NCBI GenBank assembly: GCA_951804945.1
Contig: OX638150.1
Span: 62,682,001-62,746,000, forward strand
Source: Podarcis cretensis
Taxonomy: Eukaryota
DNA length: 64,000 nt
Reading direction: 5' to 3'
In this document: positions 25,801-38,675 of the stretch, one piece after another
Layout: the number at the start of each line of letters is the position of its first letter
How positions within the stretch are numbered: the first letter of the stretch is position 1
Position numbers and translations under genes: made by a program
The notes under the pieces: generated by a model
Told to the model about the DNA's origin: nothing
Database searches by the model: none
The model's input: the letters and a program-made list of their open reading frames with translations, nothing else

Positions 25801-27570
25801 CAAGACTGTGCTTTTAAATAGATTTTGCAAAGAATCTTTCACAGTTCAGTGGAGTACATTAAAACTTACCTGGCACATATAACAAACAAAACGGCTGCCA
25901 GTGCTAAGTCCCTAAGCTCTGTATCACCCAGTTAAGAATGATCAGACACACAATATGGCCATCTCAGCAACACAGAAAGGGCATTCCTGCTAACGAAGAA
26001 ACACTTAGCTTCAAAGAGCTAATTTCAAGTCTTTGCATAAAACTTTCAGCATCACAACATTTCAGGGCAGGAGAGATCTTGTGAAAGCCCACTTTCTGCA
26101 GGAGAAAAACAAGACATTTTTCATCTGTAAGCTGCCTGAATGGAACGAGACACCCACCCAACATTCCTTACCTTTTCTTTTGGTTTTCAATTTCTTCAAC
26201 AATCAAGATTCATAAGAGCATTAAGTGTCCACACTACAAGCATACCACTTCTATCTCTACAGCAGCTCAGATTTGCAATGGGGGGGGACGACTATTCTCA
26301 ATTGTTACATTTTATGCAGCATCCACAGTAGGAAAAGCTACTTTAGATGCACCATCGCATAATTTTGTTCTGAATTGCTATTTTTTGCTTAAGCAACACT
26401 GCCAACTACTTAAAAAAAAACACCCTATAGTCTTTGTTCTTTTAGCTGTCCATTTTTGCATCAGTTGGAAAGTTTATTTCCTACAGCCACTGTCCCATTC
26501 TAGTAAATATGGATTTACTCCTGGATGTCAAAGTAGCAACTGCATTTCCTCCATACTGGATTCATACTGTTGATGTCCTCTGGAACAGGTGTAGCTTCAG
26601 AAAAGTGTTTGTTGCTTTATGATTAGTTATCTCAGGTAAAAATGTATGAAGGATGCTTCCAGTTCTTTCAGTATGTAACACCAACGTAAGTGGCTTTTTA
26701 AAAATCAGAGTGAAAAAGTACACACCTTTTAAAAAAACAAGCAATAACCTATTTCTGATTCCTGGGTTCTTCTTAAGAAGTCTTAATCATCTAAAGATCA
26801 AATATTGGTTTTATAAATTTCAGCAGCAGCATCAGTCTGAGATTCCTTCAGCAGGAAGGCTGTAAAAATGGCTGTTTTTGTTTGTTTTTTTGCATTCTTT
26901 CTAAGCAGCTTTTGTTCATATTTAACCGCAGCAATGAAGTAGGAACCCTCATCCCCCACCCCTGAAAAATCCAGTACGAATATTGCAGGCTGTAATGCTG
27001 CTGTAACGTTGGCTTGTTCTGCCATCAGCTTGTTAAATGGAAAGCTGGAACATTAATACATTTCTCATAGATCCCTTTGGAATGGGGATGTTCAGTGTAA
27101 GATCAAGGTTAGAATGAAGAATAACTGGAGCGCTTTGGACATGTAGCCTACCACCTCCTCCATCAGGCAACTAAGCTGGCAAACACTGCAACTTTTTTTT
27201 TTAAAAAAAAGAAGAGAAATATCATGTGCCTACTCGAGAGAGGTGACTGTTGTACAAAATTAAAACTGAGAGTAGGGCAAAACCTCTAGCATACCAACAC
27301 CATCCCGCTGGCACTGCTAATGACAACTTGGTCACTCGGCAACCTCCAACAGCCGACTTTGTGCACACACTTCATCCGTTTACAGATGTCATCCTTGGAT
27401 ATTGCCTCAGCTGAGCTTCACCTTTGCAGCCTGGCAGCCAGGCACATGTTCTGGAAAAGGCAGCTCTTCTTCAGACAAAGGACACCCATGGAAGGAGTAC
27501 ACAACAATAGGAATGAGAAACGGAAAAGGAAAGGGGAAAGAGAGCAAAGCAATAAGAATGCAGATCCCCT

Positions 27571-27680
27571 TCAGGTCTTGTTCTCATCATACATGTCCAA
27601 GACAGGTTCAATGGAAGAGAAGTCATTCTCATAAACCAGGCTCCGAGGAGAGAGGGAATTACGGTGAAAGAAGTGGCCAC
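27571..27680 (-). CDS. RNF130: RNF130 alternative terminal coding exon (110 nt, isoform B): SGHFFHRNSLSPRSLVYENDFSSIEPVLDMYDENKT*
   Basis: Strong acceptor gcttctttcctag|GT GGC CAC; phase matches exon 7; open to TGA at 27573-27571; resembles my recollection of fish rnf130 C-termini (unverified). Confidence 0.78.
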
Positions 27681-30600
27681 CTAGGAAAGAAGCAACAATA
27701 AAAAAAATCCTATTAGGAATGAGGCAGAAAAAACGAAGCGACTCTGCTAACAACAAAGTTTACGCATTTCAATCTACTTTTATACCAAGGTCACAGAAAT
27801 GCAAAAGAAACATCAGTTTTTTTAAAAAAATTAACCATCGTTATCTGGGCTATGTGAATTATTGGAAAATTAGAAAGACCTCTCTTTTTCCGGTAATAAA
27901 CCCATTGCATACTTCTGTATGGACATTGTAATACTACAGGTTTAATAAACTCGCGGCTGATGACATGTAGGTGTGATCTTTGGATGAAGGGCAGTATACA
28001 AATTTAATAAAATAAAATTCAAGGTAGCCTGTGTATGAAACATTTGCCAAGAAGGGCCGCAAGGCTTGTGTGGAGAAGCGTGTCACTTGTGTTTTGTGCA
28101 GAAAGCAGTCAGTGCTGTTACAGATTAGACACCTGGAAAATAGAACTTCTGCAATGTATCCAGATCTCTTTCATCAGTCACAGTATGAACAACTGCAGAG
28201 GGAATGCTCCCCGCAACCCTGCATGAAAGAATATTTTGCTCCAACTGCCTGTTACCTGGGACTGCAGAAGCACACTTTGCCCCTTCCCAGACACCAGGCA
28301 GATGGCCTATGATCATAAGGCAGGCAGTGACAGTCTTATCTTTAAACATATGTATAACGCTTAAAAAGTTTAGGTGTTTTCTAAGTGTTAAATATTAATA
28401 CCATTCTATCCTTTTACATCTGTTCAATAATCTGGTTACAAATCTGCCTCGTGTCACATTTGCCTATCAAGTTCTCTCTCCATTCGTTTCCTTCAACACA
28501 GACTGTCCATTTTTGGTAGGAAATCCTTGACACTTTCCTCTTTTTTATTTGGGTCATTTCACCCACATTGCTCTGTATTCACCAATTCGTTGTAAGCTTC
28601 CAAGACCTTTCTACCATCCCTCTCATCCAAACTTTTACCTAGTATTCCCCCCATCCACCCAAGGCCCCGCAAAGAAGCTGCTTACATCACTGTAGCAAGA
28701 TGCTGGAAAAAACAGATTTCTGCTACAGCTAGTTGACTGACAGTCTAAATTGATTTCGATCAGAGGTTTGCTTCTCACTGCTGTGAAAGCAGCAGTATGG
28801 GCTAAATTTAAACACAGCCATGGGCTTTTTGACTACAAATTGGTTCAATTTTCCTGATCTCTGTGATGAAGACTATATGCCTACTCTCAGAGTGCACTAA
28901 GAAAAAGCTGTCATCAAATCTTGCTGTTACTAGCATGAGGAAGGCAAACACATGTGTTATGTGCTTATTCTGTTGCCTTAAAGCAATCTGAAGCTTGCTT
29001 ATAACTATAGCCTCTCCCTGCAACTCCAACTGCCGGAAATGGAGCCTAGTAAAGGACATGTTGCCTTGCAGATTGAAGGTTCTCTTGCCTTTTGACTGGG
29101 TTTCACAAGACAAGCCCATATCAAGAGACAAGAAAAGGACTGACCTACATACATTTTCCCCTCCTCCCATTCATTTAAAAATTCTTAGCTTATTTGTTTG
29201 CTAGCACAGCAACTTCGCTACATGTAATGAATAAAACAGAAATCTAGAAAGAACTGACCAGGTTCATTATGCTCATGAGGTCTGATTCAAATGTTACAGA
29301 ACTGGCTAATAAAATTTACATGCAGGCATTCAACATACAAAGAACCATTTTTTCAGCTTTTCAAAACAAAAAAAAGGCAAAACAATGTTTTGACAATTCA
29401 TGTGGTACTTCCTTCCTCCTCAGTTTGACTTTTTCACATTTTCTAAAGCAAAGTCACTTCCTTATTTGTGACATTTCTCTGAACGTTTCAAAGACATTTT
29501 GAAATATTCTATTATGGAAACTTTAACACACTTCATTTCTAATTAATAAAAGCTGCTTTCTCAGCTGACGGTTTCCTGACAGCTACAAATTAAGCTACTA
29601 TTTTAATATAGATGTTGGCTGCTTTCCCAAGTTCAAGAAGTACTTTTAAATCCCCAGCCCCAATATTTCTTTAAAAGCAACATAAAAAAGGAACGGCAGC
29701 TCCTTTTTTGATAGCTAGAAATGCAAACTGGCTTATTTTAATTAAACACAGTACTAAATTCAAAAGTAGGTTAAACTTTGATTGAACAAAAACACAAAAG
29801 ATTCTGGCTTTGGCCAGCTTATGCCTTTTTGTCTGCCTGATTCAATAGTCAATCTCATTAAGTCTGAAATTAGCTTTTGGCTGGAAATCAAGAGCCCAAC
29901 AGCTCTACATTCACTAACAAGGCCATTGAATGATTCTTACTCTATGAGAAAAGAAGAAGAATGTGCTGTGTTCAATGGCTTGGAAGTGCAAGCAAGCACC
30001 ACTACTGAAAAAGCAGCAGGGACATGAGATTTTGTGTCACTGACCCAATTTGAAATGGAAGAGCTTGCTGTGGAAGCAATCCTATACACCATTCATTTCC
30101 AATCACAATAGCTGAACACACTTTCACATTAGTGTTCAGTGTTGATTCCCTTAGAGAATAATTTGTGATGTAGAAGTAGCAGAGAAGGGACAATTAGGTG
30201 GTTTGCAAGGAGTAAATTTTATTTAAATAAATTTCTTTCCCCATCTTTGATACAGTTAAATTTAGAATTGTCAGGGGCAACTGTGCCACACCCTGAAACT
30301 GAGGTCTCCCTGCAGGAGGAGCAGAATCCTACCCAGTTGATTGCGATGCAGCCAGTGATTCTAAAGGGCCACTGGATCTAGATATTCTTCCCCCAAATCA
30401 GCTGCCCGAATTCCTGGCCTGCTCGCAACATCCACCCAATGCATTTTCCCCAGTGCCACAATAGAAGAGTCAAGAGAGAAAAGAGTATGTATACCTATAT
30501 ACATTATACACCTATTCCTTTATTGAGACATCATGTTTTTGCCAAACACTCTATTTAACCCCAACAACAATGAAAGCTATCTAACCAGACAATTTCTTCT

Positions 30601-30781
30601 TTTCCTGAATATTTTTTCGAACAGCAGAGAGCTGAGGTAATTTAGGTTGTTCAAGCGTTACATTTTGTAATAACCTATCAAAAAACAGACCACAATTGCC
30701 ATTCTTTATATGCAGAAATATTAAGGAATGAGAAACGGAAGACAAAACCATGAGGATGTCATGTTGTTGAAGCTTGTATGA

Positions 30782-30782
<1 letters not shown>

Positions 30783-30824
<42 letters not shown>
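30783..30824. repeat. (AAT)n microsatellite
   Basis: About 14 units. Confidence 0.95.
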
Positions 30825-30826
<2 letters not shown>

Positions 30827-31267
30827 AATAACACAAGCTAAATGTTTATGTAGCTATAAAACAGTATATATCCGATACCTGGTATTTCCAGTTGTAATCT
30901 CTGAACAAATTGGGAGTCATAATTATTTAAGTCCCAAATATTGCAAGAGGAGTTTCACTTATGGAAAGGCGATTGCTCACCTCTTCTTTTCCATTACAAC
31001 CCCCAAAAAGCTACCCTTGAGGACTGAGATACCTTAGAGCATTATCGAGATACGATACAGGGCGCTGGAACAAGGGAGGATTAGCAGAAATCAAGCCCTC
31101 CTTCCTTTAGCAAGAACTGCTTCCCATTTGCGTTAGTGTTTCGTGGAAATCCATAAAGGTAGTGCCTTTTTATAATTCATAGGTTAGCTTTGGCTTGTAT
31201 ACTAAGTTAAGCAAGTTCACAGAAGGAATGTTTGCTACCCTCAGACTTCTGAAAAGACTCTGTAGAA

Positions 31268-31379
31268 CAGATGTTTTGGGACTACAATTCCCATCATCCC
31301 TGACCACTGGTCCTGTTAGCTAGGGATGATGGGAGTTGTAGTCCCAAAACACCTGGAGGGCCATGTTTGGGGGTGCCTG
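31268..31379. mobile_element. Palindromic hAT-type MITE with deleted left end
   Basis: 8-bp TSD ctgtagaa; ~30-bp internal inverted repeat tgttttgggactacaattcccatcatccct / agggatgatgggagttgtagtcccaaaaca. Confidence 0.85.
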
Positions 31380-31582
31380 CTGTAGAAGATCAAAGGGCCC
31401 TCCTGAATAATATAAAATGGAGCATGGTGGGGTACTAGAAGAGGGAAAGAATGGGAAACTTTACTCCTAGATAAGTTAACTTATCTTAGGATCCAACCTC
31501 AATTTTAGGCAGTTCGTCCTCTCTGCAGCAGCACCAGGCCTGCACTCCAGCATTTCTCTGATTATTAGGGATATCCTATTCC

Positions 31583-31718
31583 ATACCCTCCAACATTTAT
31601 CTGATGAAAATAGGGACATCCTAAGGAAAAGCAGGACATTCCAGGATCAAATCAGAAACTGGGATGGCTTCTGCAAATCCAGGACTGTCCCTGGAAAATA
31701 GGGACACTTGGAGGGTCT
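31583..31718. mobile_element. Short non-autonomous DNA element
   Basis: Inverted ends ataccctccaa / ttggagggtct with repeated gggac(a) subterminal motifs. Confidence 0.6.
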
Positions 31719-32012
31719 ACATCTCACGTTGTTTAAGAGGGCCTTCTTGACTTTTCAGAACAGCTTTCCGCGGAAGAGCAGGCATGCTGGCAGAAGGAAG
31801 GGACCTAAAACTTTCCTCCTGCAAACTTCTGTGTTAACTTTTAGTTCAAGGAACTAAGCCTTGAATTTACAGAAGTATAAGATCAAAATCTGATACATTT
31901 CCATACATTGAACAGAACTAGGTGGAAACATTCACTGAATGGGGGGGGACCACTTTCCACTGACAAGCGTATAATAAAATTCAATCTCAGAATCATTTTT
32001 TATGATTGACCT

Positions 32013-32018
32013 TTTATT
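32013..32018 (-). terminator. Proximal polyadenylation signal (AATAAA) of RNF130 isoform A
   Basis: AATAAA on minus strand ~140 nt after the stop codon at the end of the conserved-looking UTR. Confidence 0.7.
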
Positions 32019-32159
32019 GAGTCTTTTGTAATACAAAGCTTCAGCATTAGCAAATTATGAAAATAGAATGTACAAAACATATGCTTGTGTTACATGATCA
32101 AGAAATGATACATAAAAATAAGCCGCTCTCTCTCCAAAGCGATTAGTCAAAGTGTTTCT

Positions 32160-32175
32160 TCAATACCATTCAGTT
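32160..32175 (-). CDS. RNF130: RNF130 terminal coding exon 9 (16 nt, (E)TEWY*) of isoform A
   Basis: tttactttcccacag|A ACT GAA TGG TAT TGA parallels human EVEWF*; following UTR (ttcataatttgctaatgctgaagctttgtatta) resembles recalled mammalian RNF130 3' UTR. Confidence 0.88.
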
Positions 32176-34330
32176 CTGTGGGAAAGTAAAAGAGATTATC
32201 AGTAATATTTTATTGTTGCTGTTTAATGTACAAATGTTCAAAATAAATTATGAGCAGAATAAAAACAACTTGCTAGTGCTTTCATTCAGTGGGAAGAAAG
32301 GCATACAGCTATTCCTTTTTCACAAGTGGCAAATCCGTAGATATTACAGTTAAAATAGATGGTTCATAAAAATGGGAAATAAATTATGAATTCTAGCTAC
32401 CACCTTGACCTCCACTCTAGGTTTAATTTATTTACTACACCTTTTGGGGGGGGTGAAATAAAGAAAAATACTGTACGTGAACACAATATACAAATTCTCC
32501 CGGCTTCCTATGATACTGTGACATGTCCAAAATACAATCTCTGCATCTCCTCCACCCAAAAGATCAGAGATGGGGCGCTATGTGGGAAACTTGCACATCT
32601 TGTTCCAGCATGGCAAAGTAATGAATGAAAGTGGTTTTGGATATCTGTAGTATCCATTTATGCAAGCATCATTTTTACTTTTACATACAAAAATTTAGGA
32701 GGAACCTTCTAGTTTAATGCAGCTATCACCAGTAGGAAATATTGTGTGAAATCCCTAAAAAATATTCCAGTCTCTTTTTGGAAATATGAAAGTAGCCAGC
32801 CAAAATGCTACATGAGTAAATTGTAAGATTATTCCAGACCAGGGTGCTGATGAACTAGTCAATTACTGTAAAATATGTAGCCTATATACCTCCTTCATGG
32901 GGCAGCGTGCGAGAGCAAGCTCTGTGTTCATGCTGCTCACCACATGTAGCGAGAACCATAATTTATTAATGTACATTTGCTTGCAAATATATGTTTGCTG
33001 CATAATTTGTCCTCCTTACTTGCAGCAGACTGATCACAGGACCAGGAGTTACTAAGTACACATATGTTGGTGCACCCCTAGTTCACTCTAAATTCTCGTC
33101 CTTAAGCTCTCTCCTATACTGCACTTCTTGTAGGATGTACATCATTGTTGGATCTTTATCTCCCTAAACAATCTTAGACCAGGCTATCTCAAGGATAGTT
33201 AGTTTCCATATAAACCTTTGAGATGTGTCTTGGAAGCCCTGCTCTCTGTGCCTTTAACTCAGGCCATTAGGTTGGTGGACACAAGATTCAGTGGCTGTGT
33301 TTGCACAAATTCAGGCTTAATCTGTTTCATGCACTTGTACACAGCCCCTTTGCTTCAGGTCACTTGTCTCTTCATGCGAGTAAAGAAACAAAGAATCTAC
33401 AGTTAACCGTAACTTCTCCAGTTTGCAGGTAACAGGCAACTATGGTTAACTCTGGTTTCCTGATTTGTTTCCCAGCTTGCACAAAGAAATTAATGAAGCA
33501 GGAGCAAAGAGGCTGTGCACAAATGCAGGAAACTCGTGCACATCATACTACACAAGCCAGCACTTGCTTGGTGATAACACTGCGCTGGAATCAGGAATTC
33601 AAGAGACTCTCCTCTAAACATAAGCTAAAAGAAGTTTTCCTTTCAACAACTATTAAAAAACATACAGCACTAAGCCTTAACTTGATTCTTCATTGATTGC
33701 TGATTTTAAATTGTTATCAGGAATTGTTTTTAAATTTGTGTTTTAGTGATAAAAATTATTTGTTTTATTGTATTTTTCATTGTAAGCTGCTCTTGGTTCC
33801 CTGGGAGCAGAAGAAAAATATTAAATAAAAAATAGCATCCTTACTACTCTCTATGGCACTTCCCTTAAGCTTCCCTATTGGAATATACTTCCTGAATATA
33901 ATTCCTAGACAAATAAATAACATTCAGTTATCTAAATCTGAACAGGCACTATCTAGGCTTGTTCACTTAAGTCCATATAGGCAATGATCCTTACAATTCT
34001 CCCTTAATGGTAGGCTTGCTAATATAAACTTAACCAAATAAGGAGTGCATGCATACATATCCACACACAAAATGAATAAAAAGCAGGAGTGCCAGAATAC
34101 AAAGTAAAATTGAACGATAACACATCTTCCCCTTAAAAAATAAAAAAATGTACCCTCCCTTTGGAAAACCTATCCTCAGATGTTCTAACAATCTGATATT
34201 GCAACTTAGTTAAAAGAACGCTGTATTCTGGGTGTTTCCCAGATCTCCTTCCTTCTAATTCTTCAACTCATCATTTCTTTACAATGCTGTCGTATGTGTA
34301 GGCACACTCACAATCTGAACATTTACTTAC

Positions 34331-34424
34331 TCATTAGCATTTAAGCTAGCTGTGGCTTTGATGATCATGTAGCAAAGTGTAAGGGCACTCAGGAGGCCAA
34401 AGCTGGCAATAATAAACCATTCTT
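34331..34424 (-). CDS. RNF130: RNF130 coding exon 8 (94 nt), second hydrophobic segment (isoform A)
   Basis: [31 protein letters not shown](E), nearly identical to recalled human C-terminus; caacag/gtaagt. Confidence 0.94.
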
Positions 34425-36771
34425 CTGTTGACAAAGGAAAGGGAGGAAATCACTCGTGGAAGAAGGCTTATGTCAAATCGATGGCAACTGCCCTCAAAGA
34501 TCAGAAGCAGAAGACAATAATTCTACTCATGTGGGGCACCAGGAAGTGAAGCTCCAGAGGAAAGCAGAAGGCAAAGAAGGTACTAAATGGAGAAGGCCAG
34601 CAAACAAGGTTATGGGGAGAAGTGAGAAAAAGAGGAATGATACAATAATATTGATCACAGAGTCCAGACATTAATGATAAATGACTGATCAAAGTAAAAT
34701 GCAAAATAAGGAAAGCATAAGCAAAATTTTTACCTGCAGTTAAGGAATAAGACTATTTCCAAATGAGACCTGTATTAAAAGAAATATGACAGCACACACA
34801 GAGACCCTGTATCATCTCTTCCACTCCTTTATCCGCAAATAAAGTGCTCTAGCACTTTTAAAAGGCAGAATTCAGCAGGGAGTCATTAATAATAAAAAAT
34901 GAAATATAATTTTAGTCTAAAAATATCACACAAAAGTACATCTTAATTTTTTTAAAGGAATGTGATTGTTTTGGACATCATTTCTAACTAGGTGCATTAT
35001 TTGATTTTAACTTTTTGTGGCATAGGAATGTGTGCAATGTACACAAACTAAAATAAATCAGAAAAGTTTTCAGATGACAGTGCTTGAAATGTTGCATGAA
35101 TTTCTTCTCCTTTATCATGATCTCCATTTTAAAAGACTGGAAAAGCAACAGGACTCAAGCCAAGTTAATATGCTTGCTTTTGAAGGTGTATGTATAGCTG
35201 TACATGTGTATTTCTCGCAACCAGCAGTATTTGTACACTGAGATTTAACCTATATTAAATGCACAGTTATGTGGTTATGAATATTAAATAAGTCTTTCCG
35301 GTCAATGAAAAAGGGTTGTCAATCCATTCTTAGACATGTTCTGGGCCTGCAAGCAATAATCAAAACCAACAACAACAGGGTGGGTGCATTACCACTGCTC
35401 ATTCTCAAGATGGTCAAAGTCACTATAAGATATATATCCCACTTTAAGATTATAGAACCAGGACTGTAGAAAGTATTCAATGGTAAGTCTCAATTTTCAT
35501 GAGGGATATTTAACTGACAAATAAAATTCTTCACACATAGGAATATGATAACACTGCAAACCCAACTTCTGAGGGAATATAACAAAGCAAAACCTGCTAG
35601 CACTAATTCCATGCCTGAAGTTTTTAAATAAATGTGTGGGACGTATGGGGAATGTTAGGGGCAAACCCAGCTCTTTTGTCAAAATTGGCAATATCCCAAA
35701 CTACAGAGTGGTAGTATATGTCACATTGGCCCAAACATTTCTCTTAGTTACTGGTCAAATAATATGCAAGTGCTTCTGCTCAGGTGTTCCCACATATCTC
35801 CAAGTTCCACCAATTCATTTATAGTGTATGAAAGACATTTAGTTAGTAAAACTTCACATAACCACCAAGTTTGCAAATAGAAACTTTCAGCCTTATTTGT
35901 CAGTACCAGGGATCGACTGATTTTTAATTTGAGTTTATTCTAACAAGACTTCCACTCCAGGCCTCAGACAAGCTCTGCGCAGGCCTGCTAGGCAGAAAGA
36001 AAGAAAAGCAATGTGTTGCTACTGATCATGAGGCAGACCAAACAATGCTTAGCACCAGGAAATATGAAAGTTCTACCCTTGATGAGTTGCAGCTGAATTT
36101 AACAAAGTAAGGACTAACACCGTTTGTCTGGGGCTTAGACTGTGCAACAGAATCAGAAGCAAAATTCTTATTTATATATCCAGTAAGGGTTCTTTCGCTT
36201 TTAGGACCTGGTACTATGACTTCCTTTTTGCCTAAATCATACCCCAAACAGCTAGCTCAACACAGATCACTGTTCCAGAGTTCATTTAATGCAAGGTTGT
36301 GTTCACAGTTAGATTGTTGAATTGGCATACGTGATTTTCATAAACAATTGGCATATGTGATTTTCTGATGGCACTCAAACTATAAACTGCTTGAAGACTG
36401 CATCAAGCCCAAAAATAATTATAAAAAGATGGCAGATATAATTGGAGCAATCTACTGATTTTCTAGATCTAGCCATTATGATTTGCAAACATAATTCACT
36501 GATGGGGAAAATTGTTAAAATACTTAACCATCTTAACTGTTAGCCATTTAAATAATTGACTTGTATAATCTATTTTCTTACTTGGTAATTAATTTTGAAA
36601 AAGATTTTGCCAAAGCTATTTCCAAGTTCATTGTCTTGATGTTCAATATGAGTCTTTTTCACTGTCACTTAAAACTAATAGAAAACTTTCATGCATGTTA
36701 TAGTAACAGAGCATAAATCTGAAAGCAACATGAAACCTACGATGCTCAAAGTAAAACCAAACTTCACTTAC

Positions 36772-36976
36772 TAGTTACAGCAATGTTGATCTCTCCTGTT
36801 CTTGGAGTCAGCTCCCCATCCTGTGGAAACTGTGATATTCCAGAAGTACGCAGGGGCTCAAGAGTGAGTGAGGTGTCACTGGTAAGGTCACCAAGAACTG
36901 ATCTCCTGTTGCCTAGTTGGCCTCTGGTGAGCCTTTCCATGTCAAAGGCCATATTGTCAGCACATGGCACATTTGT
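36772..36976 (-). CDS. RNF130: RNF130 coding exon 7 (205 nt)
   Basis: [68 protein letters not shown]; ttcag/gtaagt; ends in phase 1. Confidence 0.96.
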
Positions 36977-37589
36977 CTGAAAACACAGTGTTGGAAAGTT
37001 AATATATTTCCTTTTTGTAAGCTTCTGGCAAAATCATAAAGGAGATATTGCAAAATGTCTGCAGAAGGCTATCTGAGGGACGCACAAGCATCCAATAGTG
37101 ACCAATGATGAAATGTGATTCACAGGAAGAAGCAGTTACTGCTGAGCAGCAACCAGTTGGAACAGGGACTGTCAAGCAGTCAGCCACACATCCAATCAAA
37201 GGATTCAGTAATCCCATCATAAGATATTCTGATAGTGTCCAGATGATAAATTGTACAAAGAGCCAATTCCAAAAGTAATAGTGAGAGGCAAATATACTTG
37301 AGAGGGGATAGTAGGTAGGTCCAAACACAATATACTAATGGGAAGGCAGACACCCAGGGCTTGCACAATGCTGACACCAATCACTCTGTGCCTCTGCCAC
37401 AGTCCTTTTACACCCACTACCAAGGATGCTTCCAATATTTAGAATTGGAACACTGCAATTTCATGCAAGAAAGGAAGAATGGCTAACACCCTGGAATTCT
37501 GGTCCTCTCGTACCTGACTTTACTGATTTATGATCATTTTGGAAAGGAAAGCTCTACATTCCTTACTGTTTAAATAAGACTTGACTCAC

Positions 37590-37686
37590 CACAATTCCCA
37601 GAGCCTTCAAAATGTTCAGTTTACACATAGGACAAGTGCAGTGTTCACTGAGCCATGGATCCACACAGGTTTTGTGGAAAACATGT
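37590..37686 (-). CDS. RNF130: RNF130 coding exon 6 (97 nt), RING-H2 second half
   Basis: [32 protein letters not shown]; ttcag/gtgagt. Confidence 0.96.
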
Positions 37687-38274
37687 CTGAAAACAGAGTA
37701 GCACAACAAATGCTAGTTGCAAAACTACTAATAACACCAGACATACTGGAGAGGTCATAATAAGAAAAAATATTAGGAATTTTGAACAATTTATTTTGGG
37801 AATTCGAATAAATTGGCAATCATCCTTGAGTTGGGTTTAATGTACAACTAACTCCTCAATAGGAAAGCTACATTTAGATCTTCTGAGAATGTATGGATTG
37901 CATATTTCACTTATAACTTCTGCTTGTGTTACATTTTTGTACAGAACATACCAATTTCAGGGGTTTTAAGTAACAGCCACACACATACCAAAACGTTATT
38001 TAGTTCCTCTTCCATTTTAGTGTGTGTGCATATAACAAGGAACACGGGAACTGAACTGGGTTATTTATGCAGTTCAATGCCTGTGTCCTTTGCTATATAT
38101 TAAGATGACCACTCAAAAGATTCAGATAAAGACAGGAGGACACAGGGCAGAAAGAAGAATAAAAAACTTCAGGTGCAAAAAAATTATAGAACAACAGCAT
38201 GATGTCAAATCCTTGTAAGTTTTGGTATACTGAGAAAGTATATGGATCAGAAAAATAATACTTAAATAATTATG

Positions 38275-38675
38275 TGGGTTTTTTTTTAAATAATATTTAT
38301 TAACATTTCCAATAAGAACATACAAGTACAAACAGCAAGAATAAAAACAAAACAAACAAACAAACAAAAAACAACAAGTATAATTTCAAACCTTAATTTT
38401 CTCAACCTATTTTCCCCGACTTCCTCATACCTCCCCGTTTTGTATTCTAATTTCATTATCCAATCAGCAAATCCATTCCCTTGTTTCCCAAAAGTTTTTT
38501 ACTAATTCCATTCCTTTTCTTAATCAAGGTCTCTGAAAACCACATTATTTTTAAACCCCTGTCAATCTAACATTCACTAATCTTATAGTATTTATTAAGG
38601 TAGTCTTTAAATTTCTTCCAATCTTCTTCCACTGTCTCCTTCTCCTGGTCCCGGATTCTGCCCGTCATCTCTGCC
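38275..38675 (-). mobile_element. 5'-truncated L1-clade LINE with poly(A) tail
   Basis: Perfect 18-bp TSD aatacttaaataattatg (38257-38274, 38676-38693); minus-strand remnant AEMTGRIRDQEKETVEEDWKKFKDYL...* like an ORF2 C-terminus; T-run at left end. Confidence 0.8.
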
